From assembly GCA_035531375.1 (NCBI GenBank), contig DATKSZ010000149.1:903-64902 (forward strand): 64,000 nucleotides of DNA, written 5' to 3'. Shown piece by piece: positions 43,172-51,739 of this stretch (its first letter is position 1; the number at the start of each line of letters is the position of its first letter). The notes under the pieces were generated by a model. It made no database searches. It saw only the letters and a program-made list of their open reading frames with translations, and was not told where the DNA came from. Made by a program: the position numbers and the translations under genes. Source of the stretch: Terriglobales bacterium (GTDB lineage Bacteria; Acidobacteriota; Terriglobia; Terriglobales; SCQP01).

Positions 43172-44522
43172 GGCCGGCGCCGCCGCGCCCGACCACGCCG
43201 CCACCGCCGGCGAAGCGCAGCGCCGGCTTGGGGCCGCGGGGCCCCCAAGCCGGCGTGAGCACAAGCGGGACGCGCGGCGCAGCCGCGCTGGGGCCCGCGC
43301 CAACCATTGGGAGGCCGCCTTCTTCGCCCTGCTCGCCGCCGCCGCCGCCGCGCTCGCCCTGTTGCGCCCCGACAAGGCGATTGATTTCCACGTCTACGTG
43401 GAGAACGCCCGCCACTACTTTCTGGCCGGCGCCGCCATGTACGGCCCCCACAGCGGCACCGGCTGGGCGGGCGGGGTGTACCGCTATCCCCCCATCTTCT
43501 TGGATCTGTTCCGCCCGCTCTCGCTGCTGCCGCTGCGGTGGGGCGCCGCGCTCTGGGCGGTGGGCAAGCTGGCCCTCGGCGGCGCCCTGGCGGTGCGCCT
43601 GCGCCGCCGCTGGCATCTGGCCAGCATCCTCCCCTTCTGGCCGGCGCTGCTGCTGGTGGCCGCTTACTTCATCCAGGAGTTACGCTACGGCAACGCCCAG
43701 TTCTATATCGTTGCCCTGGTGGTGCTCGCCTTCCTGGCCGACGATCCGCGCTGGGGCGGCTTCTGGCTGGGCTTCGCCGCCGCCCTCAAGGTCTGGCCGC
43801 TGTTCTTCTTCCCCTGCCTGGTCCCGCGCCGGCGCCTGCGCATGCTCGGCGCCGCCGTCGCCAGCGGCGTGGGCTGGACGCTGCTGCCGGTGCTCTGGCG
43901 CGGCTGGACGGCGCAGGGGCGGCTGCTCGCGCAATGGCTGGCGCAGGAGCGCTCCATCGCCGCCACCAGCGCCGCCCGCGGCGAGCTCTGGTACCCCGGC
44001 CAGTCGCTGCACGACGTCATGGCCCGCTACCTCGGCGTGTTGAACTACTCCCGCCTCGCCGACGCCCGCTACGTGCAGGTGGCCTGGGCCCACTGCGCCC
44101 CCGCCACGGTCGAGCGCCTGTGGTGGGCCGTGGTCGCGGTCTTGCTGGTGGCGATGTTTGGGTGGCTGTGGCGTGCCCAGGGCAGCGAGGACGGGGTGGT
44201 GGCGCTGTTGTTCTGCGGCGTGGTGGTGTTCGAGCCCCACGTCCACCGCCTCATCCTCGAGACCCTGCTGTGGTCGGCGCTGTGGCTGGCCTCCGAGCGG
44301 GCGCAGGGCCGCCTCGCCGGCTGGCGCCGCGCCCTGTTCTGGCTGGCGGTGGCGGCGGCGGTGGCGCAGCCCTTGGTGCCCGGCGCCGCCCGCCAGCGCT
44401 GGCTGCAGGTCTACGGCGTGGACTTCTTTTTCGTGGTGGTGCCGCTCACCGCCGTAGTGGCGCGGCAGGCCTGGCTAGGGCATATCGCCGATAGGCAGGC
44501 GCGCGCGGCGGCGGCAGACTGA
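43131..44522 (+). CDS. polytopic membrane glycosyltransferase (DUF2029/GT87-like); start uncertain
   Basis: About 10 TM helices; YRYPPIF and NAQFY motifs. No ATG/GTG/TTG between repeat F and the first TM helix. The nearest in-frame ATG is 43131, upstream of the repeat. Confidence 0.6.
   Translation: MPPPATPPSTSPAEAGAAAPDHAATAGEAQRRLGAAGPPSRREHKRDARRSRAGARANHWEAAFFALLAAAAAALALLRPDKAIDFHVYVENARHYFLAGAAMYGPHSGTGWAGGVYRYPPIFLDLFRPLSLLPLRWGAALWAVGKLALGGALAVRLRRRWHLASILPFWPALLLVAAYFIQELRYGNAQFYIVALVVLAFLADDPRWGGFWLGFAAALKVWPLFFFPCLVPRRRLRMLGAAVASGVGWTLLPVLWRGWTAQGRLLAQWLAQERSIAATSAARGELWYPGQSLHDVMARYLGVLNYSRLADARYVQVAWAHCAPATVERLWWAVVAVLLVAMFGWLWRAQGSEDGVVALLFCGVVVFEPHVHRLILETLLWSALWLASERAQGRLAGWRRALFWLAVAAAVAQPLVPGAARQRWLQVYGVDFFFVVVPLTAVVARQAWLGHIADRQARAAAAD
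43215..43306 (+). repeat. mosaic repeat, H5 plus tail modules (copy F)
   Basis: Near-identical to the 3' half of copy C. Confidence 0.85.
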
Positions 44523-44547
44523 GACAGCCTCAGGAGCCCGCGCCGAT

Positions 44548-46659
44548 TTGCCACTTCGTCGCACTCTCGCAATTGGGCTGCTCGGCCTCTGCCTGTTCGC
44601 GGCAGGCGTGGGCGCCACCGGCGCCCACCCGCCCCAGGCACGGGCCCGGCCCAGCCCGCCGGCGCGCCGTCCCCCGGCCGCCTTGCCGGCCGCCGGCGCC
44701 GGTGCCGGCGCCGGCAGCTTGCTGCGCGCCGCCGCCCCCTACCTGAAGTCGCCCCGCGCCCTCGCCGACCAGGCCTCCGCCTTTCCCGCCGAGGGCGCGG
44801 TCGAGCTCTACCACCTCGACTACGAGCAGGTCATGCCCAGCGGCCTCTCCGGCCAGGTGGTGCAGCGCGTCTTCCAGATCCGCACCGCCGCCGCCGCCGC
44901 CGACTTTGTGCCCGACGACGTCTGGTACGACCGCTCCCGCTCCCGCTTTCAACTGGTCCGCGCCCAAGTGTTGCGCCGCGGCCGCATCCTCCACGGCACC
45001 GACCGTGGCGACCTGAACCCGGACGGCACCGGCAACCAGCCCCGGCACTTGACCTTGCCGCGGCTGCGCCTGGGCGACCGCGTCAACCTGGTCTACCTCC
45101 TGCTGCCCGACACCCGCCACGACTGGTCGCTGCTCGGCGGCCACTTCCTCGGCAACCTCTTCGCCTTCCGCGACAGCTACTCCACCCTGCGGGTGCGCTA
45201 CGTGCTGGCCGCCCCCGCCGCCCAGGCCGCCGCCATCGCCACCAGCCAAGTGGGTGTGCCCCCACCCCGGCGCGGACGCGGCCGCAACGGCGAGCCCACC
45301 TGGAGCTGGCAGGCGCGGCGGCAAGCCGCCTTCTTCTCCACCCTGGACGGCCCCTCCATCACCGACCTATCGCCCTTTGTCCAGGTCTCCGGCTTCTCCT
45401 CCTGGGCGGCGATGGCGGATTGGTACAACAACCTGCTGGCGCGCCGCGCCCGCCTCGGCGGCGGCTTGCAGCAGCGCCTCTTGCAGGTGGCGCTGCCCGG
45501 CCTGGCCGCCGCCGCCCCCGGGCTGGGCGCGCGCCCCCCCGCCCAGATTCGCGCCACCGTGGCCCGCGTCTGGCGCTACCTGTCCGCCCATCTCGACTAC
45601 CGCGGCGACGAGACCGGCATCCACGCCTATGTCCCCGCTCCGGTGGGCGCGGTCTTGGCCGCCGGCCAAGGCGACTGCAAGGACGGCGCCCTGCTGTTGA
45701 CCGCTTGGCTGCGCGCCGCCGGCGTCGAGGCCGACTTGGCGCTGGTGCGCACCGCCGCCATGGGCCAGATCGCCCCCGCCGGCCCCAACGGCCAAGTGGC
45801 CGCCACCATGGCCGCCTTCGACCACGCCCTGGTCTACATCCCCGCCACCCAACAATGGATTGACACCACCGCCCCCAACTTCCTCTCCACCGAACTCCCC
45901 TCCTCCGACCAAAACAGCCTGGCGCTGATCGTGCGCGCCGGCCAGAGCCAACTGGTGCGCGTGCCCATGGCCGCCGCCAGCGCCAACCTCACCCGCCGCA
46001 GCCTGCGCTTCACCCCCGCCGGCGCCGGCTGGCTCCAGGCCGAGGGCGACATCCAGGTGCGCGGCGCCGACGCCCCACTGCTGCGCCAGCGCTACGCCGA
46101 CCCCGCCCGCGGCCGCCGCGAGTTGGCCGCCTGGCTGCGCTCCATCTTCCCCCAAGCCCAGGTGGATTCGGTGGCGATCGCCGGGGTCGAGCCCTCCCGC
46201 TCCACCGTGCATCTGCAGTTCGCCGCCCGCATCCCCGCCGCCGGACTGCCGGCCGCCCTGCGCGCCGCCTGGTCGCGCCGCCATTACGCCCGCCTGCTGG
46301 CCCTCCAGGCCGAGCGCCGCCAAGCCCTCGAACTGCCGCTGCGCTGGCAACTCGACGAATCCTGGGCCGTGCAAGTCGGCGACCGCGCCGCCTGCGCCCA
46401 GCTTCGCCCCCCGCTGCGCCGCGACGGCCCCTTCGGCCAGCTCTCCATCTCCACCTCCTGCGCCAACGGCTGGTTCCAACTGCGCTCGCGCGTGGCCCAA
46501 ACCTCCCGCCAAGTCCCCCCCGCCGACTACGCCGCCTTCCGCTCCTTCTGGCAGGGCGTGGACGCCGATCTCGCCGCCCCGGTGCTGGGCACCGAGTTCG
46601 CCGGCGCCGGCTCCCCGCTCGCCACCGCCCGATCCATGGGTGTCGGCAACCGCCGCTAG
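44548..46659 (+). CDS. DUF3857-like plus transglutaminase-like domain protein
   Basis: Leader MPLRRTLAIGLLGLCLFAAG. Core GQGDCKDGALLLTAWLRAAGVEADLALV. Confidence 0.75.
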   Translation: MPLRRTLAIGLLGLCLFAAGVGATGAHPPQARARPSPPARRPPAALPAAGAGAGAGSLLRAAAPYLKSPRALADQASAFPAEGAVELYHLDYEQVMPSGLSGQVVQRVFQIRTAAAAADFVPDDVWYDRSRSRFQLVRAQVLRRGRILHGTDRGDLNPDGTGNQPRHLTLPRLRLGDRVNLVYLLLPDTRHDWSLLGGHFLGNLFAFRDSYSTLRVRYVLAAPAAQAAAIATSQVGVPPPRRGRGRNGEPTWSWQARRQAAFFSTLDGPSITDLSPFVQVSGFSSWAAMADWYNNLLARRARLGGGLQQRLLQVALPGLAAAAPGLGARPPAQIRATVARVWRYLSAHLDYRGDETGIHAYVPAPVGAVLAAGQGDCKDGALLLTAWLRAAGVEADLALVRTAAMGQIAPAGPNGQVAATMAAFDHALVYIPATQQWIDTTAPNFLSTELPSSDQNSLALIVRAGQSQLVRVPMAAASANLTRRSLRFTPAGAGWLQAEGDIQVRGADAPLLRQRYADPARGRRELAAWLRSIFPQAQVDSVAIAGVEPSRSTVHLQFAARIPAAGLPAALRAAWSRRHYARLLALQAERRQALELPLRWQLDESWAVQVGDRAACAQLRPPLRRDGPFGQLSISTSCANGWFQLRSRVAQTSRQVPPADYAAFRSFWQGVDADLAAPVLGTEFAGAGSPLATARSMGVGNRR

Positions 46660-47128
46660 CGGCAGAAACTGCACCCGCACGCCCGCTCGTGCGTCACAAT
46701 ATCAAGACGTGCAGCGCGCGCAACCCATCTTCCTGGTGCTCTTGCTGCTGCTGCCGCTAGCCCCTTGGGCGGCGGCGGGGCTGCCAGCCTGCTGCCTGGG
46801 CGCGAGCTGCCCCATGGCCCCGGGGAAACCGGCCACCGCCAAGCCGCATTGCGCCCTGGGCGCCATGGGCGCGATGGGCGCCATGGGGGCGATAGGGGCG
46901 ATGGGGGCGATGGGCGCGATGTCCCCAGCCCGGTGTCCCATGCCCTGCTGCGGCGTCTCGGCGGCCCCGCCGCTCAGCCCCCTGCCCGCCCTGCTGCTCG
47001 CCCTGCCCCCAGCCGCCACCGCATCCGGCGCCGTCCTCCCCCGGCGGCTGCGCCGCCTCGTCCTCGCCACTGGCCCCGCCCCCGCCCTGGGCTGGCGAGA
47101 CCGCGTCTTCCATCCTCCCCAGGCCTAA
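46640..47128 (+). CDS. small leader-bearing Cys/Met-rich protein with (GAM)7 repeat
   Basis: GTG starts at 46640 or 46709. Hydrophobic leader IFLVLLLLLPLAPWAAAG. ACC..CPMAP..HC, then GAMGAMGAMGAIGAMGAMGAM, then CPMPCC. Confidence 0.45.
   Translation: MSATAASGRNCTRTPARASQYQDVQRAQPIFLVLLLLLPLAPWAAAGLPACCLGASCPMAPGKPATAKPHCALGAMGAMGAMGAIGAMGAMGAMSPARCPMPCCGVSAAPPLSPLPALLLALPPAATASGAVLPRRLRRLVLATGPAPALGWRDRVFHPPQA
46859..46921 (+). repeat. 7 x 9-bp tandem repeat (GGSGCSATG)
   Basis: ggcgccatg ggcgcgatg ggcgccatg ggggcgata ggggcgatg ggggcgatg ggcgcgatg; in frame. Confidence 0.9.
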
Positions 47129-47162
47129 TTCGGCAGCCCCGCGCGCTCCCGAACCCAGCCCC

Positions 47163-47496
47163 TCGCGGGGGTCGCGCCGCTTTGCCTGCTGGCAAAATCG
47201 GCGCGAAAGGCTGCGAACCTGGGTCCCCTGAGCCCGCCTCGGGTTCTGGGGTGGTCGTAATTCCGCAGGCGCAGACGCGCCAGTGGCGCGTCTGCGCCCC
47301 CGGGAAGCGAATTCGGCGCGGCCCCCCTGGCAGTGAAGCAGCGCAGCGCCGACTTGGGGCCATGGGGCCCCCGAGTCGGCGCGAGCATGCCGCCCCGCGC
47401 ATCTACAGCGGGGCGGCTCACAAGCGGGACGCGCGCCGCACCGGCCCGGCGCGGCTACAGCCGGGCCGGGCCGGCGCGCTGGGGCCCGCGCCCACC
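47163..47496 (+). repeat. mosaic hairpin repeat, copy G (longest, all modules)
   Basis: H1, H2, H3, H5, H6, outer tail hairpin with nested H8, then GGGGCCCGCGCCCACC. Confidence 0.9.
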
Positions 47497-47533
47497 AAAG
47501 TGTCTGCGGCCCGCCTGGGCCGCGGGAGGATCC

Positions 47534-49732
47534 ATGCGTTCGCTCTTCGTCTTCGTCTGGTTGGCCGTCTCCGCCTGGGGCGCCGTCCCCGGCGCCGTGC
47601 GCGGCATTGTCCACGATCCCCAGCATCGCCCCATTCCCGGCGCGCTCCTGCGGCTGCGCGCTGTGCATGCCCCCTGGCGGCAATCGGCCAGCTCCGATGC
47701 CAACGGCGAATTCCGTTTTTCCTCCGTCCCGCTGGGCGCGTACACCCTCACCGCCTCCCACCCCGGCTTTCGCACCGTGCGCCAGGCCCTGGTAGTCGCC
47801 GCCGGCCAAGCGCCCATTCTCCACCTCGAGCTGCCCTTGGCGGCGGTTAGCCAGAGCACCACCGTCACCGCCTCGGCGCCGCTGGCCGACGTCGCCTCCT
47901 CCACCCCCACCACCACCGTCACCCGCCTGGAGGTCGCCCGCACCCCCGGCGCCGACCGCACCAACAGCCTGGCCGCCATCACCGACTTCGTCCCCGGCGC
48001 CTACATGGTCCACGACCAGTTGCATGTCCGCGGCGGCCACCAGGTCAGTTGGCTGGTGGATGGCGTGCCCGTGCCCAACACCAACATCGCCAGCAACGTC
48101 GGCCCCCAATTCGATCCCAAGGACATGCACGCCCTCCAGGCCCAGCGCGGCAGCTACGACGCCGAGTACGGCGACCGCACCTACGGCGTCTTCAACGTCG
48201 TGCCCCGCACCGGCTTCTCCCGCAACCGCCAGGCCGAGTTGGTGCTCAGCGCCGGCAGCTTCGGCCAGACCAACGATCAACTCAACCTCGGCAGCCACAC
48301 CGACCGCTTCGCCTACTACGCCAGCCTGAGCGGCAACCGCTCCGCCCTGGGGCTGGAGACGCCCACCGCCCAGGTGCTGCACGACGCCGACAATGGCCTT
48401 GGCGGCTTTCAGTCGCTCCTCTTCAACCTCGATCCCAAGGACCAGTGGCGGGTGGTCGCCTCCGAGCGCCGCGACTTCTACCAGATCCCCAACACTCCGG
48501 CGCAAGACACCGCCGCCCAGCACGATGCCCAGCGCGAAGCCGACGCCTACGTCAATTTCAGTTGGGTGCGCACCCTCAGCCCCAGCGCCGTGCTCACCGT
48601 CTCGCCCCTCTACCACTACAACGCCGCCGACTACCGCGGCGGCCCCAACGACTTCCCCCTCAGCACCACCGACGACCGCTCCTCCCAGTACGCCGGCGCC
48701 CAGGCCGTGCTCAACGCCTCGACCGCCCGCAACAGCCTCGCGCTGGGCTTCTACGGCTTCGCCCAGCGCGACCAGCAGTTCTTTGGCCTGCGGTTCAACG
48801 ATGGCTCCCAGCCCAACCTGAGCCAAAACCAGCCCGCCCGCGGCCAGCTCGAGGAGGAGTTCCTCGAGGAAAAATTCCAGCCCTGGAGCTGGCTGACCCT
48901 CATGGGCGGCCTGCGCCAGTCCCACTTCCGCGGCAGCCTGGCCGAAGACGCCACCTCGCCCCGGCTGGGGCTGGCGCTGGCCCTGCCGCGCCTGCACTGG
49001 GTGCTGCGCGGCAACTACGGCCGCTACTACCAGCCCCCGCCGCTGGTGACCGCCTCCGGCCCGCTGCTGCAGTTCGTCACCGGCCAGAACCTGGGCTTTA
49101 TCCCCTTGCGCGGCGAACGCGACCAGGAGTGGCAGGTGGGCCTCACCCTCCCCCTGCGCGGCTGGGCCCTCGACGGCGACTACTTCCACAACCGCGCCCG
49201 CAACTTCTTTGACCACAACAATATCGGCAACTCCGATCTCTTCTTCCCGCTCACCATCGCCGCCGCCCGCGTCTACGGCTTCGAGGCCACGCTGCGCTCC
49301 CCCCGCCTCTGGAACCGCGGCCAGGTCCACCTCGCCTACTCCAACCAGATCGCCGAGGGCGCCGGCGCCGTCTCCGGCGGCCTCACCGACTTCTCCCCTC
49401 CCCAAGGCTGGTTCCTGCTCGACCACGACCAGCGCAACACCCTTGACGCCGGCGCCGACCTCAACCTCCCCGGCGCCGCCTACCTCTCGGCCAATCTCTA
49501 CTTCGGCTCCGGCTTCGCCAACGGCAACGCCCCCCCCGCCCACCTCCCCGGCCACGCCGAGGTTGACCTCACGCTGGGCAAGCCAATCGCCGAAAACCTC
49601 TCCATCGCCGCCACCGTCCTCAATCTCGCCAACTGCCATCTGCTCACCGACAACAGCCTCACCTTCGGCGGCACCCACTGGAACAGCCCGCGCCAGGTCT
49701 ACCTGGAACTCCGGTACCGATTCCGTTACTAG
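47534..49732 (+). CDS. TonB-dependent receptor with CarboxypepD_reg-like N-domain
   Basis: GGGAGGA Shine-Dalgarno sequence. Leader MRSLFVFVWLAVSAWG. GIVHD..ANGEFRF..PLGAYTL, then plug (VRGGHQVSWLVDGVP). Terminal ...YLELRYRFRY. Confidence 0.85.
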   Translation: MRSLFVFVWLAVSAWGAVPGAVRGIVHDPQHRPIPGALLRLRAVHAPWRQSASSDANGEFRFSSVPLGAYTLTASHPGFRTVRQALVVAAGQAPILHLELPLAAVSQSTTVTASAPLADVASSTPTTTVTRLEVARTPGADRTNSLAAITDFVPGAYMVHDQLHVRGGHQVSWLVDGVPVPNTNIASNVGPQFDPKDMHALQAQRGSYDAEYGDRTYGVFNVVPRTGFSRNRQAELVLSAGSFGQTNDQLNLGSHTDRFAYYASLSGNRSALGLETPTAQVLHDADNGLGGFQSLLFNLDPKDQWRVVASERRDFYQIPNTPAQDTAAQHDAQREADAYVNFSWVRTLSPSAVLTVSPLYHYNAADYRGGPNDFPLSTTDDRSSQYAGAQAVLNASTARNSLALGFYGFAQRDQQFFGLRFNDGSQPNLSQNQPARGQLEEEFLEEKFQPWSWLTLMGGLRQSHFRGSLAEDATSPRLGLALALPRLHWVLRGNYGRYYQPPPLVTASGPLLQFVTGQNLGFIPLRGERDQEWQVGLTLPLRGWALDGDYFHNRARNFFDHNNIGNSDLFFPLTIAAARVYGFEATLRSPRLWNRGQVHLAYSNQIAEGAGAVSGGLTDFSPPQGWFLLDHDQRNTLDAGADLNLPGAAYLSANLYFGSGFANGNAPPAHLPGHAEVDLTLGKPIAENLSIAATVLNLANCHLLTDNSLTFGGTHWNSPRQVYLELRYRFRY

Positions 49733-49908
49733 CTGCGGCTGCGGTGCCGAGCGCACCCACCTTGGCCGAAGGGAGGGGAAACGGGTAAGCTGGAAGATGC
49801 ACGGAGGGTTCGCTGTGGACGCTGACACCCCAGGGCTCGGGCGGAGCGCCGTAAGCGTGGGGGGCGACGGCGGCGACGTGCCGGCGGCGGCTGCGCCGCG
49901 CCTGGACC

Positions 49909-50373
49909 ATGCGCAGAGGCTTGATTGTCGTGTTGGTGCTGGCGATCCTGGCCGCTGGGGCGGCCTGGGGATGGCTGCGCTCGGCCCATGGCTTCAGCGC
50001 CCGCGCCCGCCCCACCTGGATCGAGGCCAAGCTGGCGGCGCTGAGCCGGGCCCTGGCCCTGCCCGGCAATGAGAACGCCGTGAAGAATCCCTACCCCGCC
50101 ACCCCCGCCGCGCTGGCCCAAGGCCGCCAGATCTTTCACTCCCAGTGCGCCCTCTGCCACAACGACAACGGTGACGGCCGCACCGCCCTGGGGCAGTCTC
50201 TCTATCCCAAGCCCCCCAACCTGCGCGGTTTGACCCAGGACAAGAGCGACGGCGACCTTTTCTTCACCATCCGCAACGGCGTCCGCATGAGCGGCATGCC
50301 CGCCTGGAGCCAGGATTCCGATGAACAAATCTGGAACTTGGTGAGCCTGATCCGCACCCTCAAAACGCAATGA
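49909..50373 (+). CDS. membrane-anchored c-type cytochrome (paralog of 1964-2536)
   Basis: CALCH motif. Collinear with the other copy: CALCHN.NGDG.T.LG..LYPKPP.LR..LTQDKSDG.LF.TIRNG.R.SGMPAW. Confidence 0.8.
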   Translation: MRRGLIVVLVLAILAAGAAWGWLRSAHGFSARARPTWIEAKLAALSRALALPGNENAVKNPYPATPAALAQGRQIFHSQCALCHNDNGDGRTALGQSLYPKPPNLRGLTQDKSDGDLFFTIRNGVRMSGMPAWSQDSDEQIWNLVSLIRTLKTQ

Positions 50374-51713
50374 AAACCCTTCGCATCCTCGGTTGTCTGC
50401 TGGGCTTGGCCTTGGCGCTCGGGGCGCAGGACCAGACCCAAATCGTGATCACCGGCCAGGTGAAGTACAACCTCGCGCTGCCGCTGTTCAACCCCGGCCC
50501 CGGCGTGCCCGCCGCGGTCGCCTCCACCTTCGACAACGTGCTCTGGAACGACCTCTACCAGTCGGCGGTGGTGAACCTGGTGGGGCGCAGCCTATATACC
50601 GCCCCCACCCCCGCCGCCGAGACCGACCTCAACAACCCCGCCCTGCGCGGCGCCTGGACCGCCCCGCCGCTCTCCATCCAGCGCCTGGCCTTCGGGGCGC
50701 TGCAGGTGAACCAGGGCGGCCTGGTGGTGGACGGCTTCCTCTACGACGTCACCCAGCCCCCCGGGGCGGGCCGCCTGCTGGCCCGCCGCTACGCCAACCC
50801 CGACACCCCCGACGGCGCCCGCGCCATCGCCCACCACCTCGCCGACGACATCATCGCCGCCCTCGGTTTTGGCCCCGGCATCGCCAGCAGCCAGATCGCC
50901 TTCATCAGCAACCGGTCCGGACACCAGGAGGTCTGGACCATGGACTACGACGGCCACAGCCAGCAGCAGCGCACCCACCTCCATAGCATTGCCTACTCCC
51001 CCCGCATCTCCCCCAACGGCCAAACCCTGGCCTTCATGAGCTCGGTCGGCGGCCAGCCCCAAATCAAGCTGCTCTCCCTGCTTACCAACCGCCTGCTCCG
51101 CTTTCCCGCCTACCGCGGCCTGGCCGAGTCCCCCGCCTGGTCGCCCGACGGCAGCCAGCTCGCCTTCGCCGCCAACATGGGCGGCCCCAACATGGAGATT
51201 TACACCATCCACGCCGACGGCACCGGCCTCCACCGCCTCACCTTCTCCCACGGCTACGACAACATGTCCCCCGCCTGGAACCCCAAGCCCCCCCCCGGCA
51301 GCCCCGGCCAGATCGCCTTCGTCAGCAGCCGCATCGGCCTGCCCCAGATCTACACCATGAACGCCGACGGCAGCGACCAGCAGCGGGTACCCCTGGGGGG
51401 ATACGCCGTCAGCCCCTCCTGGTCCCCCAACGGCCTCTCCCTGGCCTTCGCCTGGGTCCGCGGCGGCGGCGGGGAGAACAGCGGCCTGTCTGATATTTAT
51501 TTGTGGTATTTCGGCGATCAGAAGTATGTCCAGTTGACCCATAATGGAGACCGAAACGACTTTCCCAGTTGGGCGCCCGACAACCGCCACATCGTCTTCC
51601 AGTCCGGAAAGCAGTACCACACCCAACTGTTCACCGTCGCTGCCGACGGCTCCGTGCCCACGCAGCTCACCTCAGCCGGCAGCAATGAAATGCCCAACTG
51701 GTCGTGGCACTGA
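50370..51713 (+). CDS. tolB: Tol-Pal system beta-propeller protein TolB
   Basis: Leader, TolB N-domain, repeated PD40 blades (SPNGQTLAF, SPDGSQLAF, IAFVSSR, SPNGLSLAF, APDNRHIVF). ATGA overlap with the cytochrome c gene. Confidence 0.85.
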   Translation: MKTLRILGCLLGLALALGAQDQTQIVITGQVKYNLALPLFNPGPGVPAAVASTFDNVLWNDLYQSAVVNLVGRSLYTAPTPAAETDLNNPALRGAWTAPPLSIQRLAFGALQVNQGGLVVDGFLYDVTQPPGAGRLLARRYANPDTPDGARAIAHHLADDIIAALGFGPGIASSQIAFISNRSGHQEVWTMDYDGHSQQQRTHLHSIAYSPRISPNGQTLAFMSSVGGQPQIKLLSLLTNRLLRFPAYRGLAESPAWSPDGSQLAFAANMGGPNMEIYTIHADGTGLHRLTFSHGYDNMSPAWNPKPPPGSPGQIAFVSSRIGLPQIYTMNADGSDQQRVPLGGYAVSPSWSPNGLSLAFAWVRGGGGENSGLSDIYLWYFGDQKYVQLTHNGDRNDFPSWAPDNRHIVFQSGKQYHTQLFTVAADGSVPTQLTSAGSNEMPNWSWH

Positions 51714-51739
51714 CCCAGCACCTGAAAGGAACCGAGTCC

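Noticed and set aside
47480-47500. The repeat terminus ...GCCCGCGCCCACCA resembles a tRNA acceptor 3' end with CCA, hinting at a tRNA-derived element.
   Set aside because: There is no T-arm (GGTTCGAATCC-like) or complementary 5' acceptor strand in the element. Several copies end in CACCTT instead of CCA.
46757-49828. 1023-aa minus-strand ORF opposite the TonB-dependent receptor.
   Set aside because: Shadow ORF. G/A/V/E low complexity, and it includes antisense repeat sequence.
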